Origin: an uncultured Acidobacteriota bacterium | Lineage (GTDB): Bacteria; Acidobacteriota; Vicinamibacteria; Vicinamibacterales; UBA823 | Assembly (NCBI GenBank): GCA_913052135.1 | Contig: CAJXDY010000005.1 | Location: forward strand, 7,696 to 71,695 | Length of the DNA stretch: 64,000 nucleotides | Reading direction: 5' to 3' | Shown here: positions 49,370-59,289 of the stretch, piece after piece | How positions within the stretch are numbered: the first letter of the stretch is position 1 | How the letters are laid out: each line of letters opens with the position of its first letter | Notes under the pieces: generated by a model | Database searches by the model: none | Seen by the model: the letters and a program-made list of their open reading frames with translations, nothing else | What the model was told of the DNA's origin: nothing | Made by a program: the position numbers and the translations under genes

Positions 49370-52240
49370 TTAAACGACTTTAACTGCTGAATTTTGACCA
49401 GCATAGAGAATCCTCGACAAACTCGCCCCCGTATAAGATTCGGGGTTTTTACAAATAACCTCTGGAGGCCCTTCGGCTACAATCTGCCCTCCCTCTTCAC
49501 CGCCTTCTGGACCTAGATCAATGACATGATCAGCGCATTTAATGACGTCCAGATTATGCTCAATGACGATTACCGTATTGCCTTGATCTACAAGTTTATT
49601 AAGCACGTCTAACAGCTTCCGTGTGTCTTCAAAATGGAGTCCAGTCGTTGGTTCATCCAAGATGTATAAACTCCGTCCCGTTCCCCGACGTGCGAGTTCC
49701 TTGGCGAGCTTCACTCGCTGTGCTTCTCCTCCGCTCAAAGTAGTCGCCGACTGGCCAAGCTTGATGTAACCAAGACCTACATCTTGCAACGTTCGAAGTT
49801 TCACTTCGATGGGTGGAAAATTTTCAAGGAATGGAAGAGCCTGATCGACAGCAAGCTCTAGAACGTCGGCTACGGATTTACCTCGATATTTAATCTCTAA
49901 AGTCTCACGATTGTACCGACGACCTTTACATGATTCACACGTTACATAGACATTAGGCAGAAACTGCATTTCGATCGCAATCACTCCGCCACCCTGACAT
50001 GTTTCACAGCGTCCACCCTTGACGTTGAACGAAAATCTACCTGGGCGAAAACCTCGAGCTTTCGCTTCAGGTATCATTGCAAACAACTCGCGAACAAAAG
50101 TGAACAGTCCCGTGTAGGTTGCAGGATTTGATCGTGGCGTTCGACCAATCGGCGATTGGTCAATCTGGACGATTTTATCGATGAACTCAGTATTATCGAT
50201 GCGATCATGCTCTCCAGGTTTGTCAGAGGCCTTGTACAAAGTCTTGGCCAACGACCGATAGACAATGTCATTAACAAGGGTCGACTTACCAGAGCCGCTG
50301 ACTCCAGTAATGGCAGAAAAAACACCCACGGGAATGCGGACATCGATATTCTTGAGATTGTTGGCTCTGGCACCACGCACACACAGCGCACCACGGACCG
50401 CGTGCCTTCGTTTAGATGGACACGGAATGCTTCGTTCGCCACGAAGATACTGACCCGTTAGGGAATCACTTTTGTGATTTAGTAATGCCTCAACTCCACC
50501 TTGAAAAATCACTCGGCCACCATGTTCACCGGCACCCAGTCCAAGATCGATTACGTAATCTGCCGAGCGGATTGTTTCTTCGTCATGCTCGACAACAATC
50601 ACGGTATTCCCTAGATCTCGTAGACTGGCAAGAGTCTCAAGTAAAAGGCGATTATCGCGCTGATGGAGACCAATCGAAGGTTCGTCAAGCACGTACAACA
50701 CACCAACAAGCTTCGCGCCGATCTGAGTCGCCAGTCTTATGCGTTGACCTTCTCCCCCTGAGATGGTTGCAGCACTTCGATCGAGCGCAAGGTAGCCAAC
50801 TCCAACATCATCAAGAAATCGTAATCTTTCGAGAATTTCACGAATAATACGACCACTAACTAAGTGTTCACGATCAGTTAATTCTATGTTCGAAAAAATA
50901 CTGATGGCGTCATATATTACCAAACGCACATACTCAGAAATCGTGCGGCCCTTAACAGTCACCCCTCGACTGTGAGGTTTCAATCGCTCACCTTTACACG
51001 AATCGCATTTGAGAAGAGCGCGGTACGGTTCGAGTTTTGTTTGATCGGAAAGGCTTCCTTCCTCGTAACGCTTCCGCATATTTGGCACAATGCCTTCGAA
51101 CCCATCACTCAAAGACTCGCGTTTGCGAGAAACGTTGCTTCGCCGAGGTTTTCTTTCGTTGCTATCAAACTTTCGTGAAACCTCTGGACGACCGTACAAT
51201 AGTAATTCCTTCATCTTTTTAGGTAAGACGCGAAACGGTTTATCGAGAGGCACTTTGAACTTACGTTTGAGACGAAACAGCGCTTCGCGAACCAGTTTCT
51301 TGTCTCCCTGCACCCAAGGCTCGATTGCGCCATCAAGTAGTGAACGTGACGAGTCAGGAACGATCCGCGCAGGATCGAAATCCTTTACCGCACCAAGACC
51401 TTGACACTTTGTGCAAGCGCCATGTGGAGAATTAAATGAAAACGCGCGAGGGGTCATCTCAGGCATACTGATGCCACAATGTGCGCAGGCTAGCACTCTC
51501 GAAAATAAGCGGTCTCCACCTTCGTAACTATTAATGATGACAGTATCATCAGCTAGTTTCAGGGCTACTTGGATCGATTCACTGAGTCGCCGCTCCATAC
51601 CGGGCTTTACAATTAGCCGATCTACAACTACTTCGATGGTATGTTTCCGACGACGGTCAATTTTTAGGTCACTTTCAAGTGTCCGCAACTCACCATCAAC
51701 GCGCACTCGAGTAAACCCTTTACCTCGCAGATCAGCCAGATCTTTCTTGAATTCACCCTTCCGTCCTCTGACAATCGGTGCAAGAATGTTGACGCGCTCA
51801 CCAGTTGGATCAACTTTCACCAAGTCGATGATTTGTTCCACCGATTGGGAGGTAATCTCTCGCCCGCACTGCGCACAGTGCGGCACGCCAATACTAGCGA
51901 AGAGTAATCGAATGTAGTCGTATACCTCAGTAACCGTACCAACAGTTGACCTCGGGTTAGACCCCGTTGTCTTCTGCTCAATTGAAATGGAGGGTGATAG
52001 GCCGTCTATTGCATCAACGTCGGGCTTCTCCAGCTGTTCAAGAAACTGACGAGCGTAAGCCGACAATGATTCAACATACCTGCGTTGTCCTTCAGCATAT
52101 ACGGTGTCAAATGCTAGTGACGATTTCCCTGAACCAGAAAGTCCAGTAATGACAACGAACTGATCCCGTGGGATGTCAACGTCAATATTCTTGAGATTGT
52201 TAACGCGTGCACCGCGTACGGCGATTGTTTTGTGGGCCAT
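49370..52240 (-). CDS. uvrA: Excinuclease ABC subunit A
   Basis: GLSGSGKSSLAFDT, Zn fingers, SGGEGQRIRLATQ, GVSGSGKST, GRTPRSNPATY, LSGGEAQR. Confidence 0.98.
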   Translation of the reverse strand: MAHKTIAVRGARVNNLKNIDVDIPRDQFVVITGLSGSGKSSLAFDTVYAEGQRRYVESLSAYARQFLEQLEKPDVDAIDGLSPSISIEQKTTGSNPRSTVGTVTEVYDYIRLLFASIGVPHCAQCGREITSQSVEQIIDLVKVDPTGERVNILAPIVRGRKGEFKKDLADLRGKGFTRVRVDGELRTLESDLKIDRRRKHTIEVVVDRLIVKPGMERRLSESIQVALKLADDTVIINSYEGGDRLFSRVLACAHCGISMPEMTPRAFSFNSPHGACTKCQGLGAVKDFDPARIVPDSSRSLLDGAIEPWVQGDKKLVREALFRLKRKFKVPLDKPFRVLPKKMKELLLYGRPEVSRKFDSNERKPRRSNVSRKRESLSDGFEGIVPNMRKRYEEGSLSDQTKLEPYRALLKCDSCKGERLKPHSRGVTVKGRTISEYVRLVIYDAISIFSNIELTDREHLVSGRIIREILERLRFLDDVGVGYLALDRSAATISGGEGQRIRLATQIGAKLVGVLYVLDEPSIGLHQRDNRLLLETLASLRDLGNTVIVVEHDEETIRSADYVIDLGLGAGEHGGRVIFQGGVEALLNHKSDSLTGQYLRGERSIPCPSKRRHAVRGALCVRGARANNLKNIDVRIPVGVFSAITGVSGSGKSTLVNDIVYRSLAKTLYKASDKPGEHDRIDNTEFIDKIVQIDQSPIGRTPRSNPATYTGLFTFVRELFAMIPEAKARGFRPGRFSFNVKGGRCETCQGGGVIAIEMQFLPNVYVTCESCKGRRYNRETLEIKYRGKSVADVLELAVDQALPFLENFPPIEVKLRTLQDVGLGYIKLGQSATTLSGGEAQRVKLAKELARRGTGRSLYILDEPTTGLHFEDTRKLLDVLNKLVDQGNTVIVIEHNLDVIKCADHVIDLGPEGGEEGGQIVAEGPPEVICKNPESYTGASLSRILYAGQNSAVKVV

Positions 52241-52396
52241 ATCGCACGGTCAGGCTGTTCTTATCAATGCTAAACCTTAATATTTTATCACCAACTTCCT
52301 AAACTCTAGTCAACTGTTCAATGTGCCAAGATACGAAGAGTCGGCCGTAACCAAATTAACGACAACTACCTAGACCTCTGGTGCAAATCACCCTAG

Positions 52397-53395
52397 CTAA
52401 ACGTTTAAGTGATACGCGACTTCATTGGATGTCACAACGAGGCCACCTCTAGGGTTAATGGCTACCCCAACCAATGCCGGCGCCGTCAAAACCTGCTCTG
52501 TCTTACCCTGATCCGTGACACGGTAAAGACCACTAGCACCAGCAAGCGCTTCAACGATGTAAAGTGTCCCATCTTTATCAAACGTTAATCCCTGAGGCCG
52601 ACCGAATACAGTATCTAGAGGCTGAACTTCCCCTCGTCTATTTATACGATAGATGGTATCAGTCGACGAAAGAGTTGGAGCCGATACATATAAAGTCTGA
52701 TCACTAGGTCCCACTGTAAGGTGAAATGCTGCAACACTAGCTGGCAGGGAAGCAAAGACAGACTTCTTGCCGGTCTGATCAACCTGAAAAATCGTGCCAG
52801 AACGGTCACCAACAAATAAAGTGCCATCATTATCAAATGCCAATCCACTCGCAACGCCGAGATCTGTCGCAACCGTCTCGACCTGTCCCGTTGGTGAAAC
52901 ACGGTAAACAGTTCCCTCAAAACGACTCGACACATACAGTTGGTCGAAGCTATCGAAAACCATTGAGGTGGGATTGGCAATGCCAGACACGAACGGTTCG
53001 CGATTTCCATTTGGTGTGACACGAAAAATAGAAACTGGCGCTTGGTGCTCACGGGTCCCACTAATAGTCACGTACAAGTTACCAGTACGATCAAAAACCG
53101 GACTGTCAACTTGATGTAAACTTGTGGCAACCGGCACACCGATGTTAATCTCAGCCGTCGCTGATTGCTGTCCACCAATCGTAATCGGCGCTCGGCCAGT
53201 CGGCACACCTGGAGGCACCAATACTTTAAGAAGTTTTGACGATGCAAATACAATTCTGGCGAAAACTTCCCCGATCCTAATTTCCGGTAACTCTCCAGCT
53301 TTATCAAGAAAACCTTCACCTTCAATCGTGATACGCCCCCCCTCGATTGCCCAAGGGGGACGAACAACGGTCATGTTAGTTAGCTTATGAGGCAT
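52397..53395 (-). CDS. IPT/TIG domain plus NHL/SMP-30-like beta-propeller protein
   Basis: N-terminal Ig-like region (GGRITIEGEGF...LKVLVP), followed by repeats (GLAFDNDGTLFV, PQGLTFDKDGTLYI). Confidence 0.75.
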   Translation of the reverse strand: MPHKLTNMTVVRPPWAIEGGRITIEGEGFLDKAGELPEIRIGEVFARIVFASSKLLKVLVPPGVPTGRAPITIGGQQSATAEINIGVPVATSLHQVDSPVFDRTGNLYVTISGTREHQAPVSIFRVTPNGNREPFVSGIANPTSMVFDSFDQLYVSSRFEGTVYRVSPTGQVETVATDLGVASGLAFDNDGTLFVGDRSGTIFQVDQTGKKSVFASLPASVAAFHLTVGPSDQTLYVSAPTLSSTDTIYRINRRGEVQPLDTVFGRPQGLTFDKDGTLYIVEALAGASGLYRVTDQGKTEQVLTAPALVGVAINPRGGLVVTSNEVAYHLNV

Positions 53396-53466
53396 GCAAG
53401 TAGAGAGATCTCAGTAATGTAGATCCGTAATTCCAGATCAAGTGGTCGAATCAAGGATCTTTAACT

Positions 53467-54000
53467 TCAAGAATCGTCTAATTCGATGTTCCAGTAAATA
53501 TAATCGCGCCAGCTTTCTGGAGTTTCACGCAGACCGACCGAGATTCTAATAGCCGGTGTCCGTGTGGGTCGTTTAGGCGTGCGAATCAGTCGCATGCCAG
53601 CTTCAGCTGGCGTCCTACCGCCTTTACTTCGATTACAAGTAATGCAGCATGTGACAATATTCTCCCAATCCTTTCGTCCACCCTGCGCAACCGGAATAAT
53701 GTGATCAAACGTAAGATCAGTCGACGGTGGTGTCTGCCCACAATACTGACAGGCGTGGTGATCCCGAGCGTAGATATTCGCACGGGAAAACGGAACTGTG
53801 TCGAAACGCCGCTTAATCTTAATATAACGAAGAAGTCGAATAACCGATGGCAGTTTAATGCTAAACGAAACCGAACGAATCTCACGATCGTAGACTGAAA
53901 CAACTTCAACTTTACCTTGACATAAAAGCGTGATGGCTTTCTGCCAGTTCACTACCTTAAGTGGTTCGTATGTAGCATTAAGTAGGAGGGTTTGTTCCAT
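53467..54000 (-). CDS. HNH endonuclease (McrA/HNH_5-like)
   Basis: LLLNATYEPL; RD...CQYCG...LTFDHIIP...GG...WENIVTCC..CN..KG. Confidence 0.92.
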   Translation of the reverse strand: MEQTLLLNATYEPLKVVNWQKAITLLCQGKVEVVSVYDREIRSVSFSIKLPSVIRLLRYIKIKRRFDTVPFSRANIYARDHHACQYCGQTPPSTDLTFDHIIPVAQGGRKDWENIVTCCITCNRSKGGRTPAEAGMRLIRTPKRPTRTPAIRISVGLRETPESWRDYIYWNIELDDS

Positions 54001-54009
54001 ACCTAAACA

Positions 54010-54906
54010 TCACAATCCGACGTGAATCTCCTCGCTAATCAAAGCGATAGCCTCTCGTATCTGGTCAAGACCTTCAGGACGAACCGGTAGTAACGGGTGC
54101 CGGGGAGGACCTCCATAATAACCAGTAAGGTCCAAGGCCGCCTTTAACCCTGGAACTCCATAAACGGTTGTAACAAGATTCGCTAGTTGGGTCAGTTGTC
54201 GCTGCACGACAAGAGCTTGATCTAACTTGTGCTCTTGAACTAACTGTAACAATTTAACGCAAAGTGCAGGTTGCACGGCAGCAAGAGCCAGAATACCTCC
54301 TATGGCACCGACACAAAGACTCGCAAAAAACGTAGGCGCAGAACCCACCAAAACACTGAAGCCTGGACTCACTTTAACAACTAGATCGCCAACCTGCTCA
54401 ATGCTTCCACCAGACTCTTTAATTCCGATTATATTGGGATGCTCCGACAACTTGCCAACTGCGATTGGTGACAGGTTGACGCCAGTGGCTGCCGAAAAAT
54501 TATAGAGTAGGACTGGAATCGGCGCTGCATCTGCAACAACCGTATAGTGCCTGATCAAAGCTTCCTCAGTCATCAGTCGCTTAAAAAAAGACGGCGTGCG
54601 GACGAGTACAGCATCTGCACCAGCGTCCGCAGCACGACGCGTTGCTGTAACTGTGGCACGAGTCGATTCTCGCCCAGTGCCTGCAATTACCAAACGACCT
54701 GCTGGCATCACAGTTCTGGTAGTCGCAATCAGCTGGTCTGCCTCGTTATCGTTGACCTGTGCCGACTCACCGTTAGTGCCAAGCACAACAATTCCAGCAA
54801 GGTCAGTCTCCATCCAGCGCGCGAGATTATCACGTAGAGCACCAAGATCGAGTTCGTCGTCGACAAATGGAGTTGGTATCGGTGCAAAGACTCCACAAAA
54901 ATTCAT
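54010..54906 (-). CDS. DapA/NanA-family aldolase, 4-hydroxy-2-oxoglutarate aldolase (HOGA)-like
   Basis: GTNGE motif, AGTGREST, HYTVVADAAPIPVLLYN, HPNIIGIKESGG (Schiff-base Lys). Confidence 0.8.
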   Translation of the reverse strand: MNFCGVFAPIPTPFVDDELDLGALRDNLARWMETDLAGIVVLGTNGESAQVNDNEADQLIATTRTVMPAGRLVIAGTGRESTRATVTATRRAADAGADAVLVRTPSFFKRLMTEEALIRHYTVVADAAPIPVLLYNFSAATGVNLSPIAVGKLSEHPNIIGIKESGGSIEQVGDLVVKVSPGFSVLVGSAPTFFASLCVGAIGGILALAAVQPALCVKLLQLVQEHKLDQALVVQRQLTQLANLVTTVYGVPGLKAALDLTGYYGGPPRHPLLPVRPEGLDQIREAIALISEEIHVGL

Positions 54907-54937
54907 GCAGACTCCTCTTTAAGCAAGTATCTCACCG

Positions 54938-55933
54938 CTACAGGCAACACGAAGGACTCGGCAGGTCACGCATTGTATGGAGACCTGGTGAAGCTTCGAT
55001 GACTTTTGGAATTGAATTCACAGCGATCGACGCAGTAGCAATGTCACCGTGGACACCGCCACTTATCTTCATTGCAATTTTAGGCGAGCCCATAATACTA
55101 ACGGAGTCGTATGATTCTGGAGCACCGAGATAGGCTTCCATATGCAATTTGATCGCCACACGTCCAGCACGATAGCCTACTCCATCTTGTAAGATTCCAC
55201 AGACGTATCCTGGTGGCACAGTAAGGAACTTACTGGTTATACGTTTACTGGCAATTTTAGGTTTTATCGTATCGGTCACCCTATCGATTTTCCATCCAAG
55301 AGCATCAGCAATCATTGAAATTGATTCCTCTAACCCAACATGTCGAACTGCGCCCTCTAAAACCTTTGCTCGAAACTCTGCTCTAGTCAGACCGCAACCA
55401 ATCTTCTTCTGAAAGGGTAAGCGTCGAGTGCTCGCATCCTGAATCCGATCAACTCGTATACGATCAACTCGCTCGCAAACTCCAGTCAAAGATATCGGTA
55501 GAGCATCCATCGTGAATCCGGGGTTAACTCCCGTGCCCAAGACTGCCACTTTAGATCGCTTCGCTAACCGATCAATGCGACGTGCATACCTAACATTTCC
55601 GGTGACCGGATAGGATAACTCTTCAGATGTCGACACTATCGGCAATTTAACTCTGAGAATCGTCTCAATCTGCGGCGTTACCTGCTTTAGCGACGAACTC
55701 GTGCACAAAACGACCGCGTCAGCCTTCACACGCATACAGGTTGAACTTATGTCGGGGTCAACCGTGACACCGAGTCGATGCCCAACCCCAGCTAACAATC
55801 CAGCATCGTGGCCAATTTTTGATGGATCAACGTCAACGGCTCCTACCACCGTAAAGCCAGATCGCGCGACCATTTGGCCAATAACAGCACTTCCAATCGG
55901 TCCGAGACCTACCTGTATCACACGAATCGACAT
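54938..55933 (-). CDS. NAD(P)-dependent amine dehydrogenase family (2,4-diaminopentanoate dehydrogenase/DapB-N-like)
   Basis: GLGPIG Rossmann motif, STSEELSYP, LGTGVNPGF, GGVHGDIATA. Start placed at ATG 55933 with a GGGGAG RBS (ORF track 56005). Confidence 0.8.
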   Translation of the reverse strand: MSIRVIQVGLGPIGSAVIGQMVARSGFTVVGAVDVDPSKIGHDAGLLAGVGHRLGVTVDPDISSTCMRVKADAVVLCTSSSLKQVTPQIETILRVKLPIVSTSEELSYPVTGNVRYARRIDRLAKRSKVAVLGTGVNPGFTMDALPISLTGVCERVDRIRVDRIQDASTRRLPFQKKIGCGLTRAEFRAKVLEGAVRHVGLEESISMIADALGWKIDRVTDTIKPKIASKRITSKFLTVPPGYVCGILQDGVGYRAGRVAIKLHMEAYLGAPESYDSVSIMGSPKIAMKISGGVHGDIATASIAVNSIPKVIEASPGLHTMRDLPSPSCCL

Positions 55934-56114
55934 TAACCGTTTCTCCCCCACGTTTGTACGTGAACGCACAAAGCATATTGCTACAGTATTATTTAAAATT
56001 ACCATTATACGATGATCGACTGAAATCTGGCCTTACCCGAGTTCTGTCATTGAGAATGGTGTAGCATGCCTCAAGGTTGATCACTCATATAAGGGGGCAC
56101 GAAGGAGACTTTCA

Positions 56115-58214
56115 ATGAAGCGTCTCAGTTTAATGATATTTGGCATCCTGCTTGGCATGATTACTCTGGTCGCGGCAGATTTAGATATCGAAGACCTTAA
56201 TGTTAGGCATTCGATTTCAGAATTACTCCAACCGGTCTCCTCTACGGACTCACAGCATGAGCCAGGGAACAGATTGCTCCTAGCATCACCGACTGGTCGA
56301 TACTCTGCTCGAAACGCGAACTATGACATCTATGTCCGTCTAGATCCCGATACCCATATGCTGGAAGGCCGAGAACTACTAACGTGGCGTAATGACTCTG
56401 GACGAGCCACTTCCGAACTACAGTTTCATTTGTACTACAACGCCTGGAAAAATACGAAGTCGACGTGGATGCGAGAGTACCTGGTAGCACGAGGTGAAGC
56501 TTTTCTTTCTAGACCACCAGAAGACTGGGGATGGATTACCGTAACAAAGATTGAACTTCCAGCAACAGAGAATACCGTTGCCATTAATCTGACGAGTGAC
56601 GCTCGTTATATTGCTCCAGACGACGATAATAAGGACGATGAAACTGTTTTGTCGGTGCTGCTACCGGATCAAGTTGAGCCTGGTGAAACGCTACAAGTGG
56701 AAATTGAATGGAAGTCAAAAATTCCACGAACATTTTCTCGAACTGGAGTGGTGGGAGATTTCTTTTTCATTGCTCAATGGTTTCCAAAAATTGGTGTTCT
56801 AGAAGCTTCTGGTTGGAACTGCCATCAATTTCATGTAGGCACAGAATTCTATGCTGATTATGGTGTGTATGACGTTCGTCTCACCGTACCAAAAGGTTGG
56901 ATAGTCGGCGCAACGGGAGTCAGGCAAAGCTTGGAAAATAACAGTGATGGAACAAGTACACACCAATATGTACAAAAAGATGTTCATGACTTTGCGTGGA
57001 CCACGAGTCCAAATTTAATTGAGCGAATCGAACACTTTGAACACGAGAGTTTACCTGACGTTGAAATGCGCCTACTTCTGCAGCCCGAGCACGAGGCACA
57101 AGCGGAACGCCATTTCAGAGCCACGCGTATTACTCTGACGCGGTACGGCGAGTGGTTCGGCGCCTATCCTTACACTCAACTCACGATAGTGGATCCCGCA
57201 TGGCAGAGTGGTGCAGGCGGGATGGAATACCCAACCTTGTTTACGGCGGGAACGTCTTGGCTTGCACCAAGCAAAATAACCCGACCTGAAGGCGTTACCA
57301 TTCACGAAGCTGGCCATCAATTTTGGTACGGGTTAATCGGCAACAATGAATTTGAATATGCCTGGCTGGATGAAGGGCTCAATACATTTTCCACCGCTAA
57401 GGCAATTGAGGCAGAAGACTTACCTAATTATCATTCTGTGCGTTATTTTGGAGGCTTCCTTCCTTACGTCTTTAATGATATTCCACGCTCTAGAGCCGTA
57501 GATGGTAACCGTCTAAGTGGCTATCGCACCGCGGCTCGTTCAGACGCTCAATCGACGCCGACCTTCCAATACTGGCCAGGCACTGGCGGCGCAATCTCAT
57601 ACAACAAGACAGCATTGTGGTTGCACACTCTTGAACGCCATCTCGGTTGGGAGACTGTTCAGAAAATACTTTCAACTTTTTTTTCCAGATTTAAATTCAG
57701 GCACCCACTGCCTCAAGATTTTTTTGCTACGGCAAATGAGGTTGCAAATGCGGATCTCGACTGGTTTTTCGATCAGGTGCATCGGAGCTCGAATGTGTTC
57801 GATTATGGTGTCCAACAGATAGGAAGCCGACCTCAGGGTGGTCGTGGCTTTTCAGGAGATGGAGAGCCGATATTCACTGATCGCAGTAATAATGAGCAGT
57901 TTCAGACGGATGTAGTGGTACGTCGATATGGTGAAGCAATCTTTCCGGTCGATATCTTAGTAACGTTTACGAACGGTGAAGAAGTACGAGAGACATGGGA
58001 TGGAGTAGCACGATGGAAACTGTTTACTTATCAGCGTGCCGCACAAATCTTACAAGCCGAAGTCGATCCGGATTCCGTTTTACTTCTAGATCTGAACCGA
58101 ACGAACAATAGTAAAACCATGAAACCAATGACAAACATCGCCACTACCAAATGGATGCTCAAATGGATGACCTGGCTGCAAGATGTAATGCTTACTTATG
58201 CGTTCTTTGTGTAA
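56115..58214 (+). CDS. Secreted M1 family zinc metallopeptidase
   Basis: Signal peptide, GGMEYP, HEAGH-18-E (WLDEG), YNKTA; AAGGAG RBS. Confidence 0.92.
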   Translation: MKRLSLMIFGILLGMITLVAADLDIEDLNVRHSISELLQPVSSTDSQHEPGNRLLLASPTGRYSARNANYDIYVRLDPDTHMLEGRELLTWRNDSGRATSELQFHLYYNAWKNTKSTWMREYLVARGEAFLSRPPEDWGWITVTKIELPATENTVAINLTSDARYIAPDDDNKDDETVLSVLLPDQVEPGETLQVEIEWKSKIPRTFSRTGVVGDFFFIAQWFPKIGVLEASGWNCHQFHVGTEFYADYGVYDVRLTVPKGWIVGATGVRQSLENNSDGTSTHQYVQKDVHDFAWTTSPNLIERIEHFEHESLPDVEMRLLLQPEHEAQAERHFRATRITLTRYGEWFGAYPYTQLTIVDPAWQSGAGGMEYPTLFTAGTSWLAPSKITRPEGVTIHEAGHQFWYGLIGNNEFEYAWLDEGLNTFSTAKAIEAEDLPNYHSVRYFGGFLPYVFNDIPRSRAVDGNRLSGYRTAARSDAQSTPTFQYWPGTGGAISYNKTALWLHTLERHLGWETVQKILSTFFSRFKFRHPLPQDFFATANEVANADLDWFFDQVHRSSNVFDYGVQQIGSRPQGGRGFSGDGEPIFTDRSNNEQFQTDVVVRRYGEAIFPVDILVTFTNGEEVRETWDGVARWKLFTYQRAAQILQAEVDPDSVLLLDLNRTNNSKTMKPMTNIATTKWMLKWMTWLQDVMLTYAFFV

Positions 58215-58257
58215 GTGAGAAATAATCACGAAGAGACAAACAACAATACACAAAGTT

Positions 58258-59277
58258 ATGACGATTACCCAAGTGTTCCACGACGGCATTCAGCGGGTAA
58301 AAGCGGCGCCGGTCATTTTAATCGGGATTTTTCTGACAACCCTGATCTTAGCCGTTCCCCAAGGACTTATCCTCCGTGACATGCTGCGTACGCATCTGGG
58401 AGATAGTTTGGCGGCCGAAGCTGTTGCAACTGGCGTCAACTTCAACTGGTGGCAAGAGTTTACCGCCCAAGCAAAAGGTCTTGGCGCCACCTTCTCTCCA
58501 ACAATCATAGGGTTTGCCGCCGTACTCGATAATATTAGTGACCTACTCGATAATCGATCGCTGACGACTGCCGTCGCAGGCATCACTGCAATCTATCTGG
58601 CGGTGTGGACTTTCCTTCTTGGAGGCACGCTGGATCGTTATGCTCGCAATAGACCCATCAGAACTGCGGGTTTCTTTGCAGCATCAGGTATATATTTTTT
58701 CAGATTTTTAAGGCTGGCCATCATTAACTTGGCAATCTATGCATTCATGATGGGCGTCGTGCACAGTTGGCTATTCGATAATCTTTACGAATGGTGGATA
58801 CGAGATCTTAGCGAGGAACGGACGGCCTTTTTTCTACGAGCGTTACTGTACGTCGTATTTGGCTCAGGTCTTGTGATCTGCAACATAGTACTGGACTACG
58901 CCAAGATTCGAACCGTGGTTGAAGACCGTCGCAGTATGATCGGTGCCACACTGGCCGGATTTCGTTTCGTTGTAAGACATGTCCGCCGTGTTATTGGTCT
59001 GTACTTCCTAAATTCCTTGGTTTTCATTGGGATAATAGCAAGCTATGCCATCTTCGCACCCAGTGTTGGTGGTGTAGGGGGCTCAATGTGGTGGGGGTTC
59101 TTAATTAGCCAAGCATACATACTAGCTCGCCTATGGATTAAACTCGTCTTTCTCGCTAGCCAGACGGCTTTGTTCCAAGCGGAACTTGCTCATGCTGGAT
59201 ACACAGCGGCACCGTTTCAGATCGCACCAGACTCCCCTGCTGCGGAAGCTATCGCCGGGAGACCACCCCGCCAATAA
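58258..59277 (+). CDS. Multi-pass membrane protein of unknown function
   Basis: About 6 hydrophobic helices, DYAKIRTVVEDRRS loop; directly downstream of the M1 peptidase. Confidence 0.75.
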   Translation: MTITQVFHDGIQRVKAAPVILIGIFLTTLILAVPQGLILRDMLRTHLGDSLAAEAVATGVNFNWWQEFTAQAKGLGATFSPTIIGFAAVLDNISDLLDNRSLTTAVAGITAIYLAVWTFLLGGTLDRYARNRPIRTAGFFAASGIYFFRFLRLAIINLAIYAFMMGVVHSWLFDNLYEWWIRDLSEERTAFFLRALLYVVFGSGLVICNIVLDYAKIRTVVEDRRSMIGATLAGFRFVVRHVRRVIGLYFLNSLVFIGIIASYAIFAPSVGGVGGSMWWGFLISQAYILARLWIKLVFLASQTALFQAELAHAGYTAAPFQIAPDSPAAEAIAGRPPRQ

Positions 59278-59289
59278 GATGAGAAAACG

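Noticed and set aside
52241-52330. LexA box (GTTC-N7-GTTC type) upstream of uvrA
   Set aside because: Only isolated GTTC half-sites at the wrong spacing.
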